45,069 bases of DNA from Deltaproteobacteria bacterium (lineage in GTDB: Bacteria; JAGRBM01; JAHCIT01), in contig JAHCIT010000011.1 in assembly GCA_026129095.1 (NCBI GenBank), positions 62,001-107,069 on the forward strand, read 5' to 3'. Positions 29,117-37,875 of this stretch are shown here, one piece after another; the stretch's first letter is position 1; the number at the start of each line of letters is the position of its first letter. A program made the position numbers and the translations under genes. The notes beneath the pieces were generated by a model. It made no database searches and was not told where the DNA came from. It was given only the letters and a program-made list of their open reading frames with translations.

Positions 29117-29496
29117 CCCGGACGGGCGGGGACGCCCCGCGCCCCCGCTTCCTTGAGGTCACCGCACGCTCGCTGAGGCTCCGCTGCCCCCGCTGCGGCG
29201 AGGGGGTCATTTTCCGGTCCTGGCTGGAACTGAATGAGGATTGCCCGGCGTGCGGCCTGCGGATCCGCCATGAACAGGGTTTTTTCATCGGCTCGATCTA
29301 TCTCAACTACGGCATTACGGCCGGGCTGGTCATGGTGGTCTACTGGATGATGCGGAAACATGCGGAACTTGAACTCTGGCAGATGATCGCCATTCTCGCC
29401 GCCATCGGCGCGGCCATTCCCCTCGCCGTGACACGGTGGACCCGTTCGCTCTGGCTGGGATGGGACTACTACCTGGGGCCGGAACGGCTCCGGTAG
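29113..29496 (+). CDS. DUF983-like zinc-ribbon membrane protein
   Basis: RCPRCGEG..F...CPACG plus two TM helices; GTG 29113 overlaps the top6A stop (GTGA). Confidence 0.8.
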   Translation: MTRTGGDAPRPRFLEVTARSLRLRCPRCGEGVIFRSWLELNEDCPACGLRIRHEQGFFIGSIYLNYGITAGLVMVVYWMMRKHAELELWQMIAILAAIGAAIPLAVTRWTRSLWLGWDYYLGPERLR

Positions 29497-29540
29497 GGAT
29501 ACCGGAACGGTAAACCTCCGGCTATCCTGTTTTCCGTACC

Positions 29541-30473
29541 ATGTCTGCCGGGCACCACCACCATCATCACGACCACGGCGGCTCCCACGATGGCCACCAC
29601 ACCGGAAGCATGAACCGGGCATTCGCCATCGGTACCGTGATCAACCTGCTGTTTGCGGCCGGCGAGGCGGCGGCCGGCTTCATTACCGGTTCGGTAGCCC
29701 TGCTGGCCGACGCCGGTCACAACTTCGCCGATGTGCTGGGGCTTGCCCTGGCGTGGGTGGCGGCTTCCTTCGCCCGCTCAGAACCCACTGCGCGGCATTC
29801 CTACGGGTTCAAGCGCGGAACGATCCTCGCCGCGCTGGCCAATGCGCTGGTCATTTCGGCCACCGCCGGGGCCCTGGCGCTCGAATCAGCCACCCGGCTC
29901 TTCGACCCGCCACCTGTCAGGGGCATGACGGTCATCGCCGTGGCGGCGATCGGCGTCGTCATCAACACGGGCTCGGCCCTCCTGTTCATGTCGGGACGCA
30001 AGCACGACCTCAATGTCCGCGCCGCCTTCCTGCACCTGGCGGCCGACGCCGCGATTTCGCTGGCCGTCGTCGTTGCCGGTTTCGGGATGCTCCAGACCGG
30101 CTGGTACTGGCTCGACCCGGTGGTAGCGATCGGCGTCTCGGCCATGATCTTCCTGAACAGCTGGTCACTGCTCCGGCAGTCGCTCGCCCTCTCACTGGAT
30201 GCTGCTCCCGATGGCATCGATCCCGCAACCGTCCGCGACTGGCTGGCAGTGCAGCCGGGCGTCAACGATGTCCACCATCTTCACATCTGGGCGCTCAGCA
30301 CTACCGAGACCGCCCTCACCGTCCATCTAGTCGTGAAGGAGACAACCGGCAGCCGCGACGACCTGCTCGCCCGGGTCGGGACCGGGCTCAGGGAACAGTT
30401 CCGGATCGGCCATATAACGGTACAGATTGAGGATAGCTGCTGCCCGGAAACAGGCCGGCAGGCCGCAGGCTAG
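29541..30473 (+). CDS. Cation diffusion facilitator (CzcD/ZitB-like)
   Basis: His-rich N-terminus, ALLADAGHNFAD, LNVRAAFLHLAAD, VHHLHIWAL, HITVQIE. Confidence 0.93.
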   Translation: MSAGHHHHHHDHGGSHDGHHTGSMNRAFAIGTVINLLFAAGEAAAGFITGSVALLADAGHNFADVLGLALAWVAASFARSEPTARHSYGFKRGTILAALANALVISATAGALALESATRLFDPPPVRGMTVIAVAAIGVVINTGSALLFMSGRKHDLNVRAAFLHLAADAAISLAVVVAGFGMLQTGWYWLDPVVAIGVSAMIFLNSWSLLRQSLALSLDAAPDGIDPATVRDWLAVQPGVNDVHHLHIWALSTTETALTVHLVVKETTGSRDDLLARVGTGLREQFRIGHITVQIEDSCCPETGRQAAG

Positions 30474-30491
30474 CGTGTTCCGGAAACGCCC

Positions 30492-33400
30492 CTAGTCGCC
30501 CTTTTCGGCAAACGACTGGTCGATGTTCACCGGAATCCGCAGGATCTCGCCCAGATCCACCAGCGGCAGACGGCTGAAAAACTCGCGCCGGAGCACCGAT
30601 ACGGTCGCATTGGACTTTATCCACCGGTCACACAGGCGGATCTCCACGCTGTCCGACTTCATGTCGAAGTCGCGGGTATCGAGCACGAAACCCCGGCCCC
30701 TGGCGAGGCCGTTGCGGATATCGAAATTCGCCTTCATCTGCCTGAACGGAATCCCGCCCGGATAGGCCGACAGCCGCAGGTTCACCAGACTCGCCACGCG
30801 GGCAAAGGCACGGTATTCGCTACTGATGCGTCCGCCTTCCAGTTGCATGGAGAGATCCCCCTCTACCGAACTGCAGAACTGGTCGGCGGCGTTGAACCGG
30901 ATCATTCCGCGCGCGGTCAGCATGCCGTCCACGAAATCCGTCGGCGTCCCCATCGCCTCCAGCATCGGCTGCAGCATTACGTTGTCGAAACGGGGCGTCA
31001 TGAAGACGATGCGAGCCCCGTCAGGGCGGGCCTCGTAGGACAGCCGCTCGAAATCGTACCGGCCGCCGGGACCGGCGAAATTCAGCGTGGAAAGCGTGAA
31101 TGTACGACCCGCAAGCGATGCCTGCGCCGAGAGTTCGCTGAACGGGGCACGGCGGAACTGGCCCTGGTCGACCTGCACGATTCCGGTGAACTGCCCCCGG
31201 GCCAGGAAATCGTCGATATCCGGGAGCGGGGGCTCGATGATCGACGTTTCCGTGCGGCCCCTGCGCGTTTCGGCCTGGGTGGCGATCACGCTGTCACGGG
31301 TTCCGGTGGCGGCGGCCAGCAGGTCATCAAGATTCGCGTTCGGTGCCTCGATGGTGAAATCCCCCCGGGGACCGGCGGGGGTATCCAGAAACCCGGCACG
31401 CACCCTGGCGATACTCTCGCCATATGACAGGGAGCAGCCGAAACTGGACCGCTCGCCTGTGTTGTACCGGAGGCTGCAGTCAACGTCGCGGATCGGAAGC
31501 CGGATGTCGGGCGAGGTGATCGCCACACGGTTTGTCCGGAACGATGCCGACCGCTTCAGCGGATGCCGGGACTGCCCCAGGCGTCCGGACGTGGAGTAGC
31601 TGCCCGTGACCGTGCCCTTTCCCTTCAGACGGCTGTTCACCGGCAATATCTGGTCCAGCGCCAGCTGCTCACCGGCGACCTTCATGTCGAAGGTGGGCGA
31701 TGCCCCGTTGGGATCGTCCACCTGCATCTGGACCGACAGGATGCCGTCACCGAACCTTCCCGTGAGCGGCCCCAGATCCAGGCTGTTGTCGGTGAACTGG
31801 ATCGGGCCGGAAAGACCGTCGAGCGCCACGGGATAGTTTGCCAGGCGTATGTTCCCCTCGGACAGCCTCATCTCGCCGCTATAGGTGTAGTGGTCCTTCA
31901 GGATGTCGTAGTCGACGCGGGCCTTTCCGGTCAGATCGCCGCGTCCGCCCGACAGTGGTGCCACCACCTTCTGGACGGCACGGAAACCGTAGTTGGGCAG
32001 CAGCCCGAGCAGGGCCGGATAGGGGAACTGGCCCGTAATATCGAGTTGCAGCTTCGCCTGCCGGTCGATGCTGTCGAAACCGCCTACCGCCTCCACATCG
32101 AGCATGTCATCCACCCGGCCCCGCAGCCGGTCCATGATGAAGTTCCCTCCCTCAATGGCAATCCGGCCCTCGATGCCGCTGAACTTCAGCCTCTCTCCGG
32201 GAAGCACATGCATGCTCAGCCCCTTGATAGCGCCTTCCATCCAGAACCGGTCGAAATCGAGCCAGGGTTCGAGCGATCCATCCACGCTCCGGGTGAGCAT
32301 GAGCGGCAGGAAATTCCGGTAGTAGGTGGCCACGCCCTCCCGGCGTATCTGGCGGCGGCAGTAGTCGGACACATGCCGCCCGATAATCGGCCAGGGGATG
32401 TGGTTGAACTCCTGCGAGAGATCCACGTCCCGCACATGGAACTCGATTTCCAGTTCGTGGACGATCCGGGGGTTTGGCGGCCGGAAATCCGATACCCAGC
32501 GTACAAAAGTGACGTCGGTCGGCCCAATCTGGATGCCGCCGCTGTCAGCCCGGAGCTTACGGCCATCCCATGCGAACGAGAACTTGCCCTTCACGATATC
32601 CGGAGTGAATGTTTCCTCGAAGACATAGGGCATTTCGCCGCGAACACCCTCGGCCAGCAGCTCCACGTTTCCGCGAACAGCATCCAGCGTGCCGCCGGCA
32701 TTGACCAGCAGATCCACCACCCCCGACACGAGGCCGGCCGCCCGGGCAGGTGGAAGAACCGTAAGCTGGACCTGGTGCAATGCGGCCTGGATGCTGACCG
32801 GAAGCACGGCAAGATCCAGGTTTTCCGCCGGCAGGACCGAGGCCATTTCCACGCTGGTATCGCCGATCTTCCGGTTGTTGAGAAATGCCGACAGTTCGGC
32901 ATGGACCTTGAGCGGCGCCCCCATCCCGATGTTCTGCAGCTCCATGCTGATCTTCCGGAAACTGTAGCTGTCGGGCTCGCCCGCGCCATGAACCCGGACG
33001 CGAAACAGTCCGCCCGTGACCTCGACCTCCCGGATTGTGAGTCCCCGGAGGATTCCCTCCAGCACCGCACTCAGGCGGCCCAGATCGGCTGGTTCCTCGC
33101 TATCCAGCGGCACGTCCAGCCCTTCGATCCGCCAGCGGCCGTCCCGCCGCTCTACCATCACGTACGGCGCATCGAGACGTACCACGCGGGGTGTGAACCG
33201 CTGGTCGATCAGGTCGCCCACGTCGAATGCCACCGTGACGGCGCCCAGACGGACGAGCGTCCGGCGGCCATCCGTGCTCAGGACCGACACACCCTGCGCC
33301 CGGACCCCCAGCCCCCGGGTGAAATCGAGCGAGAGATGCCGGATCCGCACCGGGTAACCCAGCGCAAGCGATGCCTTCTCGGCCACGCCGATACGGTGCC

Positions 33401-33644
33401 GGTCCAAATCCAGAACCAGCGGAAAGAAGGCCATCGCGGCCACCGTCACGGCGAGCAGGATAATTGTCGAAACGAGATTCAGTTTGGGCATCCGGGGGAG
33501 CGGCACCGGGATGCGGGAAAGGATCGGCGGCCCTTCGGAACCGGCCACCGGAGCGCCGCCGGACGTATCCGCACCGTCCGGCTCCGGGGGGCCGGGTTTC
33601 TGTTCGGGAGTTTCCGGTGAAACAACGGGATCTTCTGGCATCAC
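30492..33644 (-). CDS. AsmA-like / YhdP-type large periplasmic protein
   Basis: N-terminal TM anchor, then ~950 aa of beta-rich sequence; C-terminal GIPFRQMKANFDIRNG typical of AsmA-like C-termini. Confidence 0.75.
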   Translation of the reverse strand: MMPEDPVVSPETPEQKPGPPEPDGADTSGGAPVAGSEGPPILSRIPVPLPRMPKLNLVSTIILLAVTVAAMAFFPLVLDLDRHRIGVAEKASLALGYPVRIRHLSLDFTRGLGVRAQGVSVLSTDGRRTLVRLGAVTVAFDVGDLIDQRFTPRVVRLDAPYVMVERRDGRWRIEGLDVPLDSEEPADLGRLSAVLEGILRGLTIREVEVTGGLFRVRVHGAGEPDSYSFRKISMELQNIGMGAPLKVHAELSAFLNNRKIGDTSVEMASVLPAENLDLAVLPVSIQAALHQVQLTVLPPARAAGLVSGVVDLLVNAGGTLDAVRGNVELLAEGVRGEMPYVFEETFTPDIVKGKFSFAWDGRKLRADSGGIQIGPTDVTFVRWVSDFRPPNPRIVHELEIEFHVRDVDLSQEFNHIPWPIIGRHVSDYCRRQIRREGVATYYRNFLPLMLTRSVDGSLEPWLDFDRFWMEGAIKGLSMHVLPGERLKFSGIEGRIAIEGGNFIMDRLRGRVDDMLDVEAVGGFDSIDRQAKLQLDITGQFPYPALLGLLPNYGFRAVQKVVAPLSGGRGDLTGKARVDYDILKDHYTYSGEMRLSEGNIRLANYPVALDGLSGPIQFTDNSLDLGPLTGRFGDGILSVQMQVDDPNGASPTFDMKVAGEQLALDQILPVNSRLKGKGTVTGSYSTSGRLGQSRHPLKRSASFRTNRVAITSPDIRLPIRDVDCSLRYNTGERSSFGCSLSYGESIARVRAGFLDTPAGPRGDFTIEAPNANLDDLLAAATGTRDSVIATQAETRRGRTETSIIEPPLPDIDDFLARGQFTGIVQVDQGQFRRAPFSELSAQASLAGRTFTLSTLNFAGPGGRYDFERLSYEARPDGARIVFMTPRFDNVMLQPMLEAMGTPTDFVDGMLTARGMIRFNAADQFCSSVEGDLSMQLEGGRISSEYRAFARVASLVNLRLSAYPGGIPFRQMKANFDIRNGLARGRGFVLDTRDFDMKSDSVEIRLCDRWIKSNATVSVLRREFFSRLPLVDLGEILRIPVNIDQSFAEKGD

Positions 33645-33658
33645 TCGTACATTAAGGA

Positions 33659-34441
33659 CTAGCCGTTCCGGAACCGGCGACCAAGGGTGGGGAGCCTGTG
33701 GCGGGCGTCAGCAACTGTGCCAAGGTCCAGAACGGCGCAGGCGATGCCCTCCTCGTTATCCGGCACGAATGCCACCCGCTCTCCCCATGGTGAATAGATG
33801 GCACTCCCTCCATTAAAGCGGTCTTTCGGTCCTTCACCGGTCCGGTTTACGGCGGCCACCCAGCAGAGGTTCTCGATGGCCCGGGCCTTCAGGAGCGTGT
33901 CCCAGTGGTCGCGCCGGGGTTCAGGCCACTGGGCGACGCAAAAGAGGGCGTTTGCACCCTTTTCAACCAGCCTTCCCACCCATTCCGGAAACCGGAGGTC
34001 ATAGCAGATGGTAAGCCCCGCCCTGAGACCCTCACCCAGATCGGCCACCACCTGCCCGGTTCCCTCCCGGTAAAAGGTGTGCTCGCCGGCCGGTTCGAAC
34101 AGGTGGACCTTTCGATAAACTTCCTTCGTGCCGTCGGAGCGCAACAGCAGCCCCTCGTTGAAAAATCCGTCCCCGTCCTTCACGACGAACGAACCGTACA
34201 GCGAAAAGCCTTCAGCCCGGCAGCGTTCCGAAAGCCGCTGGACCGCCTCCCGGGTCTCCCCGGCAATTTCATCCGCCTTCGAGTGGGAGAAATTGGATGT
34301 CGCCGCCTCCGGAACCAGGGCGATCAGTGGACGGCTACTGGGGATTTTGTCCAGCAAGCGGTGGATAGAAGCCTCGTTCCGGGCCACTTCGCCCTTCACG
34401 ACATCGTACTGGAGCAGCGCGCAGGTATGGGATTCACTCAC
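33659..34441 (-). CDS. Carbon-nitrogen hydrolase (nitrilase superfamily)
   Basis: E-K-C triad: LVPE, YRKVHLF, ICYDLRFPE; ARAIEN; probable GTG 34441. Confidence 0.9.
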   Translation of the reverse strand: MSESHTCALLQYDVVKGEVARNEASIHRLLDKIPSSRPLIALVPEAATSNFSHSKADEIAGETREAVQRLSERCRAEGFSLYGSFVVKDGDGFFNEGLLLRSDGTKEVYRKVHLFEPAGEHTFYREGTGQVVADLGEGLRAGLTICYDLRFPEWVGRLVEKGANALFCVAQWPEPRRDHWDTLLKARAIENLCWVAAVNRTGEGPKDRFNGGSAIYSPWGERVAFVPDNEEGIACAVLDLGTVADARHRLPTLGRRFRNG

Positions 34442-34565
34442 AGCCCCATTGTGGCCGCTGGTGAAAACAAAGGCGAAAAGTTGCCACCTGCGGCGGAGAA
34501 AACCTACGGTAGCTGGCGCCGCCGCCAGAGACGGCTCCAGACTATCCTGCAAGGAACCCAACCCC

Positions 34566-35711
34566 ATGCTCCGCCAGCTCTCCGAAGAACAGCAGATGCT
34601 CCAGCGCACGGTGCGCGAGTTCGTCGAGGGGGAGATCAAGCCCCATGCCGAGGCCTGGGACGAGCGGCAGGAGTTCCCCGCCGCGGTGTTCAGAAAGTTC
34701 GGCGAGATGGGGCTCCTTGGCATGATGGTCCCCACTGAATATGGCGGCTCCGGCATGGATGCCCCCGGCGTCACGATGGTGCTGGAAGAAGTGGGGCGCG
34801 GCTGCGCGGCGACGGCCCTCTCGCTGGGTGCCCATGCCGTCCTGTGCGCGAACAACCTCTACCGGAACGCCAGCGAAGAGCAGCGCCGGAAATACCTCCC
34901 CGACCTGTGTTCCGGCGCGCGGCTTGGCGGTGTCGCCATCACCGAGCCCGGCGCCGGAAGCGATGCCGTGGGGATGACAACCCGTGCCGTGAGGAAGGGT
35001 GACAAGTACATCCTCAACGGAACCAAGATGTTCATTACCAACGGCCCCGTGGGAGGGGTTTTCGTCGTTTATGCCAAGACGGGTGAGAAGGGGCCGAAAA
35101 GCCTCTCCACGTTCATCGTCGAGAGCGGTTTCCCCGGCTTCAGGGTTGGCAAGAAGCTGAACAAGATGGGCATGCGCGCCTCGCCCACCTCGGAACTGGT
35201 ATTCGAGGACATGGAAGTGCCGGCCGGAAACCGGATGGGCGAGGAAAACGGCGGCGTCGCCCAGCTCATGCGCGGCCTCGACATCGAGCGGGTGACGCTG
35301 GCCGGCATCTCCATCGGCATCGCCGAGGCGTCGGTCGCGGAAGCCTCCCGCTATGCCCTTGAGCGCAAGCAGTTTGGCAAGGCCATCGGCGAGTTCCAGA
35401 TGGTCCAGAAGATGATCGCCGACATGGTGACCGAGACGGAAGCTGCCCGTGCGCTGGTCTATGCGGCTGCCGATGCCATTGCCGGCGGACGGCGGATCAA
35501 CCGCGAGGCGGCCATCGCCAAGCTGTTCGCCTCCGAAGTCGGCACCCGCGCCGCCATGAAGGCCGTGCAGGTGCTCGGTGGCTACGGCTACATCAAGGAG
35601 TTTCCGGTGGAACGCTACGCCCGCGACGCCAAACTGATGGAGATCGGCGCCGGCACAAGCGAGGTGATGCGGATGATCATCGCCCGCGAAACCCTTGGCC
35701 GGGCGGTGTAG
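34566..35711 (+). CDS. Acyl-CoA dehydrogenase (isovaleryl-CoA dehydrogenase-like)
   Basis: LSLGAHAVLC, ITEPGAGSD, GTKMFITNG, KMGMRASPT, GLDIER, DAKLMEIGAGTSE; ATG 34566. Confidence 0.92.
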   Translation: MLRQLSEEQQMLQRTVREFVEGEIKPHAEAWDERQEFPAAVFRKFGEMGLLGMMVPTEYGGSGMDAPGVTMVLEEVGRGCAATALSLGAHAVLCANNLYRNASEEQRRKYLPDLCSGARLGGVAITEPGAGSDAVGMTTRAVRKGDKYILNGTKMFITNGPVGGVFVVYAKTGEKGPKSLSTFIVESGFPGFRVGKKLNKMGMRASPTSELVFEDMEVPAGNRMGEENGGVAQLMRGLDIERVTLAGISIGIAEASVAEASRYALERKQFGKAIGEFQMVQKMIADMVTETEAARALVYAAADAIAGGRRINREAAIAKLFASEVGTRAAMKAVQVLGGYGYIKEFPVERYARDAKLMEIGAGTSEVMRMIIARETLGRAV

Positions 35712-35721
35712 GGGAAAACCG

Positions 35722-36744
35722 GTGCCCTTCAGCGAAATCCTTGGACAGGACGATGCCATCCGGCATCTCAAGGGGTTCTTCCGGACCGGACGGCTCCCGC
35801 ACGCACTTCTGTTCCTGGGCCCGGAGGGAACGGGCAGGAGGCTGGCCGCAACACGGCTGTTCCAGGCGTTCGCCTGCGAAGAGCGCCGGGCGGGCCGGGA
35901 ACCCTTCGACGATGCCTGCGGGCGGTGCAACGCCTGCCACCGCGTCGCCCTGCATGTGGCCGGGCCGGATACGCAGGGCTCCTACCCCGACCTGCACCTG
36001 CTGGAGCCCGGCGCCAAGGGAACCATCGACAATATCCGCAGCATCATCCGCTCGCTGTCAATGCGGTCGTTCGCCGGCGGTGCAAAGGGGCTCATTCTCG
36101 ACCCGGCCGACGACATGAGGGCCGAGCACGCCAATGTCCTGCTGAAAACCATCGAGGAGCCGCCTGATGACACGCTGATCGTCCTGATCGGTACCTACCG
36201 GACGCAGATACTCCCGACGATCCTTTCCCGCTGCATCCCGGTCCGGTTCCGCCCGCTGGCGGACGAGATTATCGTCCGCCGCCTCCAGGAAGCGCCTCCA
36301 AAGGACACGACCGTGACGCCCGAACAGGCCCGCTGGGCGGCGGCGCTGGCACAGGGGAGCCTCGGGCAGGCGATAAAAGCACTGGGGGGAGAGTTCGCCG
36401 ATCTCGAGACTCTCGCCCGCGATGCCGTGACCGAGGAACTTACCGGCAAGTCCGACCCCGGCGACTGGTCCGGACGTCTCGCCGCCCAGTTCAAGGGGAA
36501 CCGCAGCGCCCTGCCGGACTGGCTGGATCTGATGATCCTGATCCATCGCTCGGCGCTGGGAGCGGTGACGTCCGCCCTGCCCGGATCGCTCGGCAGCGAC
36601 GCGGGCCGGCTCCGCGAAACGCTGGACCCGGACGACCTCGCCCGCCGGATCGACGGCCTCCTCCAGATCCGGAGAGCCATCGACCGGTACGCCCATTTGG
36701 AAATCTCGCTCGACAAGCTCATCATGGACCTCCGTAGCCCCTGA
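35722..36744 (+). CDS. holB: DNA polymerase III delta' subunit
   Basis: HALLFLGPEGTG, zinc module C...CGRCNAC, YPDL, ANVLLKTIEEPP, LPTILSRC. Confidence 0.9.
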   Translation: MPFSEILGQDDAIRHLKGFFRTGRLPHALLFLGPEGTGRRLAATRLFQAFACEERRAGREPFDDACGRCNACHRVALHVAGPDTQGSYPDLHLLEPGAKGTIDNIRSIIRSLSMRSFAGGAKGLILDPADDMRAEHANVLLKTIEEPPDDTLIVLIGTYRTQILPTILSRCIPVRFRPLADEIIVRRLQEAPPKDTTVTPEQARWAAALAQGSLGQAIKALGGEFADLETLARDAVTEELTGKSDPGDWSGRLAAQFKGNRSALPDWLDLMILIHRSALGAVTSALPGSLGSDAGRLRETLDPDDLARRIDGLLQIRRAIDRYAHLEISLDKLIMDLRSP

Positions 36745-36746
36745 TC

Positions 36747-37835
36747 ATGCCGATCGAACTGGACATATCCGCCTTCGAGGCCGGCCCCAGGCCAGTGGAG
36801 ATCATGCCCGACGGCGTGCTCCCCCGGGGCGAGGTCGTGGGCGTGCGCCTGCCGGGCAGTAACCGTGTCGAGGAGTTCCACCGGAACGGGCTCGACGTCG
36901 AGGTAGGTGACCTCGTCGTCTGCACCACGTCCGAGGGGCACGAACTGGGCCGGGTCGTGTCGCTGGTGCGCTATGGCTGGCGGCCCCACACCGGCGGCCG
37001 GAAGCTCGTCCGCAAGGCGGGCGATGACGACGCGGCCCACAGCCAGCGGCGCGACCAGCGGAGCGAGGACGCGTTCCTCATCGCGCTGGAGGAGATCCAG
37101 GCGGCAAAGCTCGACCACCAGATGAAACCCGTCACGCTCGATATCCGCTACGATGGATCCGGCGCGAAGCTGTATTTTTACGCCGAGGAACGGGTCGATT
37201 TCCGCGAACTGGTCCGGCGGCTCGGCCACCGGCTGCACATGCGCGTGGAACTGCGGCAGGTCGGCCCCCGTGACCGGGCAAAGATGGCCGGCGGATACGG
37301 TATATGCGGGCAGGAACTGTGCTGCTCTAGCTGGCTCGCCGATTTCCCGCAGGTTTCGGTGAAGCAGGCCAAGAACCAGAACCTCGCCCTGGACCAGTCG
37401 AAGATCACCGGCCAGTGCGGGCGGCTTCTTTGCTGCCTTTCCTACGAGGATGAGCAGTACAAGGCCATGAACAAGACCCTGCCCAAGCGGGGGTTCAAGT
37501 TCGTGATGGACGGTGTGCAGTATTTCGTCCTGTCGTCGAACCCCCTGCTCCGCAAGGTGCTGGTGGAGGGGCAGGGGCGGCGTCAGTGGCTTCTGGACGC
37601 CGACATCTTCAATGCCGTCATCATGCGCCAGGACGTGAAGCTGATCTCCCAGCCCAACTACCTCACCCCGGAGGCAAAAGCCGCCGCCCAGAAGCGCGCC
37701 CCCGGCACCCCGTTCCCGCCGGAACAGACCGTGCCCGACACCTCCGCCGAGGCCGCGCATATCCCCCATGTCCCGGTGGAGGGTATCACCGACGTGGAGG
37801 ACAACGACGGCCGGGTGAAACGGCGTAAACGATAG
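36747..37835 (+). CDS. ricT: PSP1/RicT (YaaT) family Fe-S regulatory protein
   Basis: RVDFRELV, RVELRQVGPRD, GICGQELCC, AKNQNL, GQCGRLLCCLSYE. Confidence 0.9.
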   Translation: MPIELDISAFEAGPRPVEIMPDGVLPRGEVVGVRLPGSNRVEEFHRNGLDVEVGDLVVCTTSEGHELGRVVSLVRYGWRPHTGGRKLVRKAGDDDAAHSQRRDQRSEDAFLIALEEIQAAKLDHQMKPVTLDIRYDGSGAKLYFYAEERVDFRELVRRLGHRLHMRVELRQVGPRDRAKMAGGYGICGQELCCSSWLADFPQVSVKQAKNQNLALDQSKITGQCGRLLCCLSYEDEQYKAMNKTLPKRGFKFVMDGVQYFVLSSNPLLRKVLVEGQGRRQWLLDADIFNAVIMRQDVKLISQPNYLTPEAKAAAQKRAPGTPFPPEQTVPDTSAEAAHIPHVPVEGITDVEDNDGRVKRRKR

Positions 37836-37875
37836 CCCCTTTACCTGCTGCCCCGCTCCCGCTAAATCCACTCCG

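Noticed and set aside
31563..33620. Long opposite-strand ORFs (also 2302-3609, 6506-7918, 34542-35930, 36195-37898, 39791-41401)
   Set aside because: They fully overlap well-supported genes, lack motifs, and are expected in high-GC DNA.
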